Assembly: GCF_001194135.2 (NCBI RefSeq)
Contig: NC_068990.1
Span: 1,474,661 to 1,511,744, forward strand
DNA length: 37,084 nucleotides
DNA from: Octopus bimaculoides
Taxonomy: Eukaryota
Direction: 5' to 3'
The notes beneath the pieces were generated by a model. The model had not been told where the DNA came from, did not search any database, and saw nothing but the letters and a program-made list of their open reading frames with translations. Positions 8,850 through 20,345 of this stretch are shown piece by piece. The first letter of the stretch is position 1, and each line of letters opens with the position of its first letter. A program made the position numbers and the translations under genes.

Positions 8850-10733
8850 TCTATTATATAAAAGTCAATGTCAGTGTGTTTGTGTGTTACTTATAGACTA
8901 GAAAACTATTGGATCGATCCTAATGAAATTTGGAACACAAAATCCAAGGTTAGGGAGAAGAGTAATGCCATATGGTTCATGTAATTTTGACAGGGTATAA
9001 AGGGGGGGGGGGAAATTCATATGCTTTGGATTTTGATGAAATTTGAATCATAGATATTAGAAATAAATTAAAAATATGCCTAAAATTTCCATTTCTTTGG
9101 ATGATTCTAAGACCCCCGAATGAGGGCTTAACCCCCAAATTTTAGTCATTTTTCATGGACCAAAATTACTGAATGGATCCTTAAAATATTTGTAACTTAG
9201 ATTCAATGCATAAATGCAGGTATAATGCAGTATGTTTGGTTTGAATTTGTGGGGGCTTAAAGGGTGCAGAACCCCCCCCCCCCCATGGTAAAGTTTCAAC
9301 CATAGATAATTGACACAAATCATGAAGTATTCCCAAAGTCTCTGCTTCTCATAAGGATTCTAAGACCCCTAATGGGGGCCTTAACTCGCAAATTTTAGTC
9401 ATTTTTTTATGATCCAAAACAAGATCAAAAGTACTGAATGGATCTTTATGAAATTTGGGAATTATATTCTATGCATAAGGGTGGATATAATGCAGTATAT
9501 GTTTGAAAGTGAGGGAGCATAAATGAGGTCATAACCCCCATGAAAATTCATATATTTTTGCTGTTGATGCAATTTTAACCATAGATATTAGACACAAATG
9601 AAGTAATATTCCTAAAATTTCAACTTCTTAGCAGGTTAGTAAGACCCCTTAATGGGGACTTAAACCCCACAATTTAGTCATTTTTCCTAAGCCAAGACGA
9701 ATATGATTGTAGTTTTGGAAGGTGTAGAGTCACCCAAGGATACAAGATGTGCATTATTTGTAATTCACTGGTACAACAGTGTAAGAGTTTGCTTTGAGAT
9801 ATACTTAGATTGTGATTTCTGCAATGTGGTGCATAAATTGTTAAGTAAAGGAGAAGCATCTTTGTGTCCATTGGCTCAGTTGCAAAGTGTTATTTTGAGT
9901 AAAGTTATTTGGTTGCAGACCTCCTTTGAGCCTTTTTATTATCACTGGGTCAGAGATAGTCCCGAGATGGTAACATTGATTTCAAGGCTTTTCCAGATAA
10001 GTGATTGGTCATTTAGTAATTTATAGATTGCAAATTTATTCTGTCCATTTATCTATTGGCATAGTGATGATTGGCAAACTCCAGAGGTGACAATCTCATT
10101 TCTCCTTAGCCTTTACATCACACAGTTGTTAATGTTTATTTGAGCTGGGTCATGCCCTTCCAATTGCTATAGATCCATAATGCATCTTACAACTGTGCTG
10201 GTCACCTGTATGGTGAGGAATCCGACATTGGGGAGTGGTAACAACTAGGGTAGGGTAGCTGACTACTTGTTTTGATCATTCGTCTTTTGATTTCCTCTAG
10301 CCTTGCTCTCTTTTACAAACCCAGTGAACATTCATATATTTCCAATTTCAAAGCAACAATATATATAAGGTACAAGTTGAAAAAGATTCTCAACAATTCA
10401 ACTTCTCTGGCTGACTTTAAGACCCCCACTAGTAGGGGCCTTAACTACCACATTTTAGAGCTCTATGTGCTCCATGTGCTCCATCTTTGAATGAATTTTA
10501 TCAGATTTGGATTTGGAATCTGAGCATAAAGATGAGTAGTATGGGATAAATATGTCATGATTAGAATTTTTGTTAGGGTGTGTAAAGAGGGATAGAACCC
10601 CCATTCAAATTCTTGATCTCCAATTTTGATGAAATTCGAATCATAGGCATTCCAGTTCATTAGAGCAAGCATAAAAGAAAAGTCTAATTCTTCAATTGCA
10701 TCTGACATGAGCAACGCCGGGTATCTCTGCTAG
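8850..10733 (+). mobile_element. Non-autonomous Helitron with internal ~250-280 bp tandem units
   Basis: 5' A|TCTATTATATAAAAG, subterminal GATCCTAATGAAATTTGG, 3' GCAACGCCGGGTATCTCTGCTAG (CTRR end); repeat anchor TTTAGTCA at 9141, 9394 and 9673; sits within a (CA)n tract. Confidence 0.75.
9695..10260 (-). pseudogene. Possible decayed LINE endonuclease (APE) fragment inside the Helitron
   Basis: Minus-strand peptides LLLYLTIYAPH and HLVSLGDS resemble the APE motifs (V/I)YAP and GDFN in the expected order; many stops and frameshifts. Confidence 0.3.
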
Positions 10734-10945
10734 CACTCACACACACATGACATCATCATCATTTAACATCCGCCTTCCATGCTGGCATATATGCACAAAT
10801 ACTTTTATGAATGTATTTATGTGTGTGTGTGTGTGTGTATATGTATATACACTCACACATATATATATATATCTATGTACACATGCATATGTACACTACG
10901 TGCATACATAAATACATACATGCATATACACACCCACCCTCACAC

Positions 10946-11037
<92 letters not shown>

Positions 11038-11904
11038 GCATACACATATGGATGTGTGTTTGTATATGTGTGTGTGTGCATGTATGCATGTATGCTTCTC
11101 TCAGAATGTGACTAAAGGTCATGTTAGTGTATCATAATCATATTTAATGATCCTTGCCTGTGTTACATGCACTTTCCTTTAGTATTAGACATCAATCCTC
11201 TCTTAGCATGCAAATTCATTATTTGAAATAGGCTTTTCAAATTAAAAACATGACTGTAATTGTCTTTTCTTGCTGTTTTCTGAAAATAAGACATTTCTTT
11301 GTGATAGTTTTGTTGGAGGCTGCAAGTGAAAAGATGAAAGTGAATATACACATTTTGTTTCAAAGAAAAATTTCTTTTTATTTTTACATTTGAGAACAAA
11401 TTCTCATGTTTTAATATATGTTTCTTTAAAATGCTGCTTCTGACATCTATGTATATAACACACACACACACGCATATATATATATATATATATATATATA
11501 CATGCACATAAATATACATTATATATACATACATATATATATATGTGTGTGTGTGTATGCATATATATAAACATATGCTTTATTAATAAAGCTGCAAAGA
11601 TATCATGGAAACTGTTACTCAGAGTTTCACGTTCCTCTTCATCAGACAAAACTGTCTTACAAACAGGAACATGAAACCGAATGCTAAAGGGTTAGGGTAT
11701 TGTGAAGGGCCTGGTCAGAGGCCCAACCTTCTGAGTTCTTTCACAGGGTTTAGAAAAACTGAAGGATCACGACAATAATATACATTGAATAAAATCATAA
11801 TTCAACTGATAATTCTGTATTATCTTTTACCCAAATACAGGAAATGCTCAGCGCCCTCATATACATAAATATACAACAGGCTGGTATATCAAAAGGTTTT
11901 GCTC

Positions 11905-12022
11905 AGCTCAGGGCCAATAGTAAAAGACTATAGAAGGAAACTTGGCCAAAGTGCCATGCAGCAGGACTGAACCTGGAACTATGTGGCTGAGAAATAAACT
12001 TCTTACCACACAGCCACACCTA
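11905..12022 (-). mobile_element. SINE family 'A', degenerate
   Basis: GGACTGAACCTGGAACTATGTGG...CTTCTTACCACACAGCCAC is the reverse complement of the family head. Confidence 0.7.
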
Positions 12023-12507
12023 TGCTAAGGCATGCCAGCTATCTATGTAAGAAATTAACATTTAATGGAAACGTTGACTTTGGTAGGCATGGAGAAAAAA
12101 TGTGCAAAAGCAAAATGAAAGAAGTTTTTAAATTCTGATTTCTCTATAATTTTGGCTTGTAAAAGTTTTCAAATCTCTACTGTATTTTACGGTGTTCACT
12201 GCAGATATCAAAAGAAATCAAACAAATAGGATTGAAGGATATCAAGCTAAAGCAGTATGAAATGGTGTAGGTTCCAAAATGTTTTTGGCTTCTTTTTTCT
12301 TCTTCTTGTGCAAAGTTTTGAGCAAAGCAAGAATTCTGTCTCATTATTCAATTACCCTATCAATTGAATACTTTTTATATTTTTGTTTTTATAATTTTTT
12401 AAAACATATTTTTGGTGTATTTAAAATCTTGATATTATAATTTTTGTTTTTAAATTCTCAGATGTATACAACTAAGTGATTTACATTAACTATAATAGTA
12501 TATGTAT

Positions 12508-12725
12508 GTTGTTGTTGTTGCTGCTTAACTCAGATTCGCTCTGATGAGTAAACTTGTGATCAAAAGTATTCCAATTACTGCTGTCTATCTTTTTTTTGAC
12601 CTTTGGACACAGTGCATGACATAGTATACTATCTAATTTTTAAACTAGTTGAGTTTGGTTTGAAGAAGATTTTTGTTGCTATTTCTAGCTGATTGAGTTA
12701 CCATATAGAGGTTCTTTTATTAGCT
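12508..12725 (-). mobile_element. Dispersed repeat family 'E'
   Basis: Aligns to 2290-2495 (GATCAAAAGTATTCCA...GCTATTTCTAGC). Confidence 0.5.
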
Positions 12726-13010
12726 CATGTGTATATATATATGTGTGTAAGAGAGAGAAAGAGACAGAGAAATAAAATTTATTTGGAATTTAAACTTGAG
12801 TTTACTTTCAATTTTTCTCTTTTTTTCCCCAAATTTAATGCAAAAATGCTTTTGATTCTTAACTGAGTTCTTCTATTTGGAATTTCAAAATTTATCAGTT
12901 TTCATTATAATTTCATTTATTTATTTCAACCCCCCCCATCTGATTTTCCAACTTTATTCTGAAATATCACTCCAGAATCTTTGATTTTCATCCTTCTGAG
13001 AGTTGATAAA

Positions 13011-13283
13011 ATAAAGAACTTCACTCATCAAATCTTTGTATACACATACATATTTACACACTACATACTCATACATACAAGTATCTATGCACATAAATAC
13101 ACATACATATAGATATCTATGTATACACACACACACCCACAAGCAAATATACATTCACACACACATGTGTGTATACATAGATATCTGTATGTATGTATAT
13201 TTGTGAGCTTAGATACTTGTATGTATGTGCATGTAGTGTGTAAATATGTATGCGTATACAGAGATTTGATGAGTGATAAAGTT

Positions 13284-13289
<6 letters not shown>
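13011..13289. repeat. Long imperfect inverted repeat (arms 13011-13131 and 13166-13289)
   Basis: Arms about 90% identical by manual alignment (about 9 substitutions and one 3-nt indel); 34-nt spacer. Confidence 0.95.
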
Positions 13290-13354
<65 letters not shown>

Positions 13355-13364
13355 CATAAATATA

Positions 13365-13739
13365 CAGGGATTAGCATTGAGTTGCTTCTCCAACATACTG
13401 AAAATTTAGAAATAGCAGTCAAAGAACTACTGATTCTAAACTACAAATTTTTCTCTAAACGGATGGCGATATTTATGGCACACATAGAACAAAAAACCGG
13501 AGGGAAAAGCATAAAGAAAACAAGTCTTTAGTTAATTGGATATGAATCGTTTCATGGTTAAGCGAATGAAAATTTCACTATTCCAATCTTCAGTCCAAAA
13601 GATTGGAATAGTTTTTTGTTCTATGTGTGCCATAAATATCGCCATCCGTTTAGAGAAAAATTTGTAGTTTAGAATCAGTAGTTCTTTGACTGCTATTTCT
13701 AAATTTTCAGTATGTTGGAGAAGCAACTCAATGCTAATC
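13365..13739. mobile_element. MITE-like element with perfect 129-bp inverted repeats (13369-13497 and 13611-13739)
   Basis: Starts TA|CAGGG; arms are exact reverse complements; right end truncated by the gap at 13740. Confidence 0.8.
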
Positions 13740-15499
13740 NNNNNNNNNNNNNNNNNNNNNNNNNNNNNNNNNNNNNNNNNNNNNNNNNNNNNNNNNNNNN
13801 NNNNNNNNNNNNNNNNNNNNNNNNNNNNNNNNNNNNNNNNNNNNNNNNNNNNNNNNNNNNNNNNNNNNNNNNNNNNNNNNNNNNNNNNNNNNNNNNNNNN
13901 NNNNNNNNNNNNNNNNNNNNNNNNNNNNNNNNNNNNNNNNNNNNNNNNNNNNNNNNNNNNNNNNNNNNNNNNNNNNNNNNNNNNNNNNNNNNNNNNNNNN
14001 NNNNNNNNNNNNNNNNNNNNNNNNNNNNNNNNNNNNNNNNNNNNNNNNNNNNNNNNNNNNNNNNNNNNNNNNNNNNNNNNNNNNNNNNNNNNNNNNNNNN
14101 NNNNNNNNNNNNNNNNNNNNNNNNNNNNNNNNNNNNNNNNNNNNNNNNNNNNNNNNNNNNNNNNNNNNNNNNNNNNNNNNNNNNNNNNNNNNNNNTATAT
14201 ATATATATATATATATATGATGATGATGATGATGAAGTTTTCTGCTATAAAATTTTGGTATATGAAGTATAAAGCAAGAGAATATCAACACATTTGAATT
14301 TGATGGTTTTTGTAGATTAACATTTCAAGCTTCTACGATGATGATTTAAAATAATTGTTGTTCGCTCTTGAATCATCTTTGATTGTGAAAACATACAAGA
14401 AAGGTGTTTAAACCATGAATAGTCTTTTCTTTCTCCAGACAGTGTATCTACAGGAGCATGTTTTTTAATGTGTCCCCCTATTTTTAAAACAGTAGGACAT
14501 ATTTTGAGGGAGATATGGCTTTTATTTCTATCAGATCAAATAACCACATAAAGATTCCTTCTTTGGTTCATGATTTCCCGTTTTCTGAAAGTTACCGCTT
14601 TAATGCATTCTAATCAAATAGAACCAAGTGAGATATTGAAAGTGGAAAGCCCAGGTGAATTTATAGTTCTTTGAAATGTGTTTAGGTTTCTCTTAAGTTA
14701 AACTTAATTCCAACAATGAGAAATTCCATAATGGATAAACGATACTTAAATTCTTAATGCATCATAACCAAAGCTAAAAAAGTACATCAAAAGATACAAT
14801 GTATTCTCAAATAAATCATCTTTATTTAACATCCATTTTAAATGATGATATGTTTAAGAAGGTATGTATGTATATATATGTATATANNNNNNNNNNNNNN
14901 NNNNNNNNNNNNNNNNNNNNNNNNNNNNNNNNNNNNNNNNNNNNNNNNNNNNNNNNNNNNNNNNNNNNNNNNNNNNNNNNNNNNNNNNNNNNNNNNNNNN
15001 NNNNNNNNNNNNNNNNNNNNNNNNNNNNNNNNNNNNNNNNNNNNNNNNNNNNNNNNNNNNNNNNNNNNNNNNNNNNNNNNNNNNNNNNNNNNNNNNNNNN
15101 NNNNNNNNNNNNNNNNNNNNNNNNNNNNNNNNNNNNNNNNNNNNNNNNNNNNNNNNNNNNNNNNNNNNNNNNNNNNNNNNNNNNNNNNNNNNNNNNNNNN
15201 NNNNNNNNNNNNNNNNNNNNNNNNNNNNNNNNNNNNNNNNNNNNNNNNNNNNNNNNNNNNNNNNNNNNNNNNNNNNNNNNNNNNNNNNNNNNNNNNNNNN
15301 NNNNNNNNNNNNNNNNNNNNNNNNNNNNNNNNNNNNNNNNNNNNNNNNNNNNNNNNNNNNNNNNNNNNNNNNNNNNNNNNNNNNNNNNNNNNNNNNNNNN
15401 NNNNNNNNNNNNNNNNNNNNNNNNNNNNNNNNNNNNNNNNNNNNNNNNNNNNNNNNNNNNNNNNNNNNNNNGTGTGTGTGGCAGGATGGAAAAGGGAGT

Positions 15500-15775
15500 T
15501 TCTTGATAAAAAATTCTTTTGAATATTTAGAAATACTCTTCTCCCCACCCCGCACCTTCTGGACTGGTTTTGTTCAATTTGTTTTGCACTACACACTTAA
15601 CAATAATGGAAGATGCCTATTTAGTAAAAGAAAAAATTTGAAAATTTATGAATTTTTTTCAACACCCCCTCCACAATTAAGAACTGCTTTTGACCAATCT
15701 TTTTGTGCTACACACTTAAAAAATGATGGGAGAAGCTTTGTTGGTAAAAAAAAAAAATTGGGAAATTGGCAATTG
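15500..15775. repeat. Degenerate ~119-bp tandem repeat, about 2.5 units
   Basis: CTACACACTTAA at 15589 and 15708; C-rich tracts at 15543 and 15663. Confidence 0.55.
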
Positions 15776-16899
15776 CTATTATAATCCCCACTGCTTTTAT
15801 TTTCAAACAGAAAATGAAATAGAATTTTAAAATAATGGTGAAAATTCTTATAACATTTTCATTAACCTCTGCTCCTAAAGTTTTGGCTTTTTTTCATAAG
15901 GTTCTAATTACAGTTTTAAAATATGAGCTGTCCACATCTGCAATTTGCTTCTGATTATAATTTCAGAATAATTTTCACATGAAAAGGTGTGTGATTTAAG
16001 GCAAATTTAGCTGTTGTTTCTAGCACATCCAACAACCACTTGGTACCTTGCTTGTTTCTTTGTCCCTCTGACATGTATTGATATTTTTCAATATTTTCCT
16101 CTCCCATAAACACATTTTATGGAATGATGATGTGGATGATGATGACAGTTTTGTTCAGCTCAAGGGTGGTTCATTGCTGGGATTTAAGCAACAAGAAAAA
16201 TAGAATTTTATAATTTAAATTCTCAACCACCACCTTTCACCAAGTGGGTCCTTGTGTATGTGTGTAAAAAAAATCATATTTACTGACAGGAAAGTATGCT
16301 ACTAAAACACATTATCTTTTATATACCCTTTTTTAAACCACTATGTCACCCTAATGTAATTCCTTACACACATGCATACACACATACTGATACACACAGA
16401 CACACACACAGACAAACATACAAACACAGTGATACAAATACACACATACACAGACACACACACACACATTCACTCAGCATGAGCAATACACATACAGAGA
16501 GAGAGGGAGGGAGCGAGAGAGAGCATGGCAAATATATATAGAGAGTGGGGAAGTTTAAAATGTGAAAAGCCAAAAATGAAAGAGATAGACAAAATAGAGG
16601 TGTTTTCTGCTGCTGTCACAGATTTTAAAATTTTAAAGTTAAGATGAAAATTTTCAAATTCATATATTAATGGATTTTTTCATGTTGAATCTGATTTTGT
16701 GATTCATTTATTACAGAAAAATTTTAGCAAAATATTACAGATGTTTGAAGCTTGATAATTTTTAGCTGATGAGAAAACAGGACTTGTGCAACATAAAATG
16801 AAAATAAACATTAAAAGACAAAATTCTAAACAAACTGGAAACAATTACGTCCTATGGAGAGGGAGAGTGAGAGGGACAGCGGGAGAGAGAAATAATGCA

Positions 16900-17097
16900 T
16901 ATTCTTTTCTACTCTAGGCACTAGGCCCGAACTTTTTCTTGGTGGGGAGCCAGCTGATTAGATTGACTCCAGTATGCAACTGGCGCTTAAATTATCAACC
17001 CCGAAAGGATGAAAGATAAAGTCAACCTTGGTGGAATTTGAACTTAGAATGCAAAGACAGACAAAATACTGCTAAGCGTTTCTGCCAGCTCCCTGCC
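16900..17097 (-). mobile_element. tRNA-derived SINE, family 'C'
   Basis: ACCCCGAAAGGATGAAAG..AAAGTCAACCTTGGTGGAATTTGAAC is the reverse complement of the core at 20040-20110. Confidence 0.8.
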
Positions 17098-17744
17098 TTT
17101 AGAGGAATAATACATATACAAAGAGAATGATAAAGAGAGTGGTAAATATATAGAAAGGGGGAAAGGCATGAAAGAGAAGGGGGCAGTGTATGTGTGTGTG
17201 TGTGTGTGTGTGTGCGCACATGTGTGTGCATGTGTGTGTGCACGTACATGTGTGTGTGTGCGTGCAATCACATGTATTTAATAATAGCCAATAAATGATA
17301 GTTGGATGGTTGGTTGGTTGGTTGATTCTCCAGTCATGTTTTACATTTGATATATATATATATATGTAGAGAGAGAGAGAGAGAGAGAGAGCAAGAAAGA
17401 AAGTAAAAGAGAGATATGGAGAGAGTTGACATAAGATGTCCAGGATTAGTTTCTTATGATTTTCTCAAAAAAAAGATATACATTTTTCTCATGAAATTTT
17501 GCAGAGATAGTTTGTTAATAGAGTAGATTGTGGTTATGTTGATAAGATTTACAAAAATATAAATAAGCATATTTATTGCAAATATACAAATGAGAAAATT
17601 GTTTATTTAATTCTAAGTTACTAAACATATTTCTTTTGAAAATTAGTACTCGTTTCATAGTTTGGTACAGGAATCCTGAAATTTCCTAAAAGTTCATTTA
17701 TAATTATTGTATGCATGGCGTACTTTCTGATATCATCCATGGTT

Positions 17745-18218
17745 GTGAAGGCACATGGCTTGAGGGTTAGGGTTATTCAGTTCACAAGTATAAGGTCATG
17801 AGTTCAATATCTGGCAACATGTTGTGTCCTTGAGCAAGACTCTTTATTTCACATTGATCCAGTCCACTCAGCTGGCAAAAATGCATTCTACCTGTAATTC
17901 AAGGGACCAGCCTTGTCACATTCTGTGTTATGCTGAATCTTCTTGTGAACTACGTTAAGGTTGTGTGAGTCTGTGGAGTGCTCCATCACTTTTCTTTTAT
18001 TTATTTACTTGTTTCAGTTATCTGACTGTGGCTATGCTGGAGCACTACTTTGTAGTCTAAGAAATTGCCCCCCAGACTTATTCCTTGTAAGCTTGGTGCT
18101 TATTCTATCACTCGCTTCTGCCAAACTGCTAAATTATGGGGATGCAAACACACCAACATCGGTTGTCAAGCAATGGTGGTGGGTCCAAATGCAGACACAA
18201 ACACACATACATAAATGC

Positions 18219-18258
<40 letters not shown>

Positions 18259-18482
18259 TGAGCATCTTTCTGTTTCCATCTACCAAATCCACTCAAAAGG
18301 CTTTGGTTAGCCTGAGGCTACAGTAGAGGACACCGGCCCAACGTGCCATGCATCTGGACTGAGCCTGGAATCCTGTGGCTAGGAAGCAAGCTTCTTACTA
18401 CACAGCCACGTCTACACATTAATTTCTCAATCAGCCTGCTCCGTTCAACTGGAACACTTGTCATTGTAACTGATAGAGTGCC
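17745..18482 (+). mobile_element. SINE family 'B', split by a nested insertion (17745-17991 plus 18413-18482)
   Basis: The two halves are colinear with the intact copy at 467-791. Confidence 0.8.
17992..18412 (-). mobile_element. Composite element: SINE 'A' head + CA/TA microsatellite + repeat 'D'
   Basis: Same order, orientation and spacing as 32933-33334. Confidence 0.7.
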
Positions 18483-18845
18483 AAAATAATTTCCTAAAAG
18501 AGGGTGACTACCTAGGGCTGCTTGTGGAAACCCCATAAAACCATGGAGGGCCTGACCCCTAGGGTAAGTGTCGTGGCTACATTGCTTATTTAGAGTAAAC
18601 GTGTTCACTCATACCATTCTTGCGACATTCATCCATCCTTCAACAAAATTGCTGGCAGGAAGTACTTCCCTCTCTATCTTAACTTTCCTTTTGAAGTGAA
18701 ACTTGAAAAAGTTGAGAACTTGGCCAAAGAGGAAAGTATCTGTCTTCAGTCCTTTCAATCTGGTCCATCATGCAATCTCTGTTGCTGAGGCCACCAGGCA
18801 AAGGAACACTGCCTTCCCAGCCAAAGGACGGCAGTGGGATAGTCT
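18483..18845 (-). mobile_element. 3' fragment of an L1/Tx1-like LINE ORF2
   Basis: Frameshifted minus-strand peptide AVFLCLVASATEIA*WTRLKGLKTDTFLFGQVLNFFKFHFKRKVKIEREVLPASNFVEGWMNVARMV resembles the C-terminus of L1/Tx1 ORF2; family call is from recognition only. Confidence 0.55.
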
Positions 18846-18913
18846 CAGTAATAATAATATTAATAATGATGGTGGTGATGATAATAATAATAATAATGAT
18901 GATGATGATATAT

Positions 18914-18946
<33 letters not shown>

Positions 18947-19141
18947 GTTATGGTGATACAAGCAAGAAAAATAGAACTCAAAATATGACTATATGTATAT
19001 CTTTATTAATATTTAGTGGAAGCAACAGAGTGACTCAAAGTCTGAGAGTTTCATGTGTTGGCACTTATCAAGTGATAAGTGCCAATGCATAAAGCTCTCA
19101 CATCTTGAGACATTGTTACTTCTATTAAATATTCATAAATA

Positions 19142-19180
<39 letters not shown>

Positions 19181-19642
19181 ATGGCTGATGTCACACACTT
19201 AATGTATGTGTGTTGTTGATGTGCTTATTAGCTGTGGGATTTATCTAAAGAAAAAAAGCCTTTTAGACACCTAGTGTTACCTATGGAGCAATTCTTTTCC
19301 TTTGGTTTTGAGGTGTTTAGTGTTTTTTACACTCAATGTCTTAATGGACTTTTTCCATGAATGAACCTTACAGTTAATAAGCTTATAAACAAAGCACATA
19401 CATTAAGTATGTAACATTGGTAATGTTCCCATTTTTAAGGCAGCTTCTAATTCAAATTTTAATATGTGTTTGCATGCATATCTATGTATGCATACATGTG
19501 GGACATGTATGTTTGTGCCTTCTTGTCATGATACCATGTGATATTTCTAAATGAGCATCACTGCCAGACAAGCAGCGCCCTTCATTTCTAACTTTTCTTG
19601 CAAACATATCCAGTTATGGAGAAATATTACTTTATATTACAT

Positions 19643-19963
19643 CAGGGTTTCTCAACCACTTTTTTATCAATGGACCCCTTTGATTTCTATTTCATTCTGG
19701 TGGACCCACATAACCATTTGGTGTTTAAAAATAGATACTTCTTTCAAAATTCTTGTTTTATTTTTCATGCACTAACTTGTGTAGGTTGTACTATATAAAA
19801 TGCTAGAGAAAGAAACCTAAATGTTTCTTGCAATACATACCAATACATACATCTAAAGCAAATTTACTTTCAAGGACTCTTCAAATACTGTTGTGGACCT
19901 ACAATTTATATCTTGTTGCATAGACCCACAAAATTTGATATGGACCTTGGTTGAGAACCAATG
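19643..19963. mobile_element. hAT (Charlie-like) MITE, ~320 bp
   Basis: TIRs CAGGGTTTCTCAACCA and TGGTTGAGAACCAATG; subterminal GGACCC motifs; the putative 8-bp TSD matches only 5/8. Confidence 0.7.
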
Positions 19964-19974
19964 ATTTACCTGGA

Positions 19975-20192
19975 GGCAGTGGGCTGACAGAATTATTAGC
20001 ATGCCAGAAAAAATGCTTAATAGCACTTCGTTTGTCTTTATGTTCTGAATTCAAATCCTGTTGAGGTTCATTTTGCCTTTTCATCCTTTTGGGGGTCGAT
20101 AAAATAAAGTACCAGTTGAGCACTGGAGTTAAAGTAATTGACGTGCACACTCACCCTGAAATTGCTGGTCTTGTGCCTAAAATTGAAACAAT
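19975..20192 (+). mobile_element. SINE family 'C'
   Basis: GTTCTGAATTCAAATCC B-box; GCCTTTTCATCCTTTTGGGGGTCGATAAAATAAAGTACCAGTT central domain. Confidence 0.8.
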
Positions 20193-20194
20193 CA

Positions 20195-20345
20195 TTATTT
20201 TACATGGAAGCATGGTAAGGATTGGTGATAGGAGAGGGCATCCGGCCACAGAAAATCTGTCTCAATGAATTCTGTCTGACCTCTGAAAGCATAGAAAAGT
20301 GGACACTAAAACAATGATTGACAACGATGATGATGAGGATGATGA
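20195..20345 (+). mobile_element. RTE-type 3' tail fragment ending in (GAT)n
   Basis: GGTTGG..TAGGAGAGGGCATCCGGCC..AGAAA...AGCATAGAAAAGTGGAC aligns to the RTE tail at 27495-27654. Confidence 0.6.

Noticed and set aside
10779-11137. YI/CV/HT dipeptide ORFs (also 13119, 16296, 17022, 22420-23484, 33894)
   Set aside because: Translations of (TA)n and (CA)n microsatellites.
11841-11895. + strand exon candidate after TTTTACCCAAATACAG
   Set aside because: It runs into degenerate SINE 'A' sequence and has only a weak donor.
18697-18735. 39-nt + strand exon candidate (VKLEKVENLAKEE)
   Set aside because: It lies antisense within the L1/Tx1-like fragment, which explains the apparent polypyrimidine tract.
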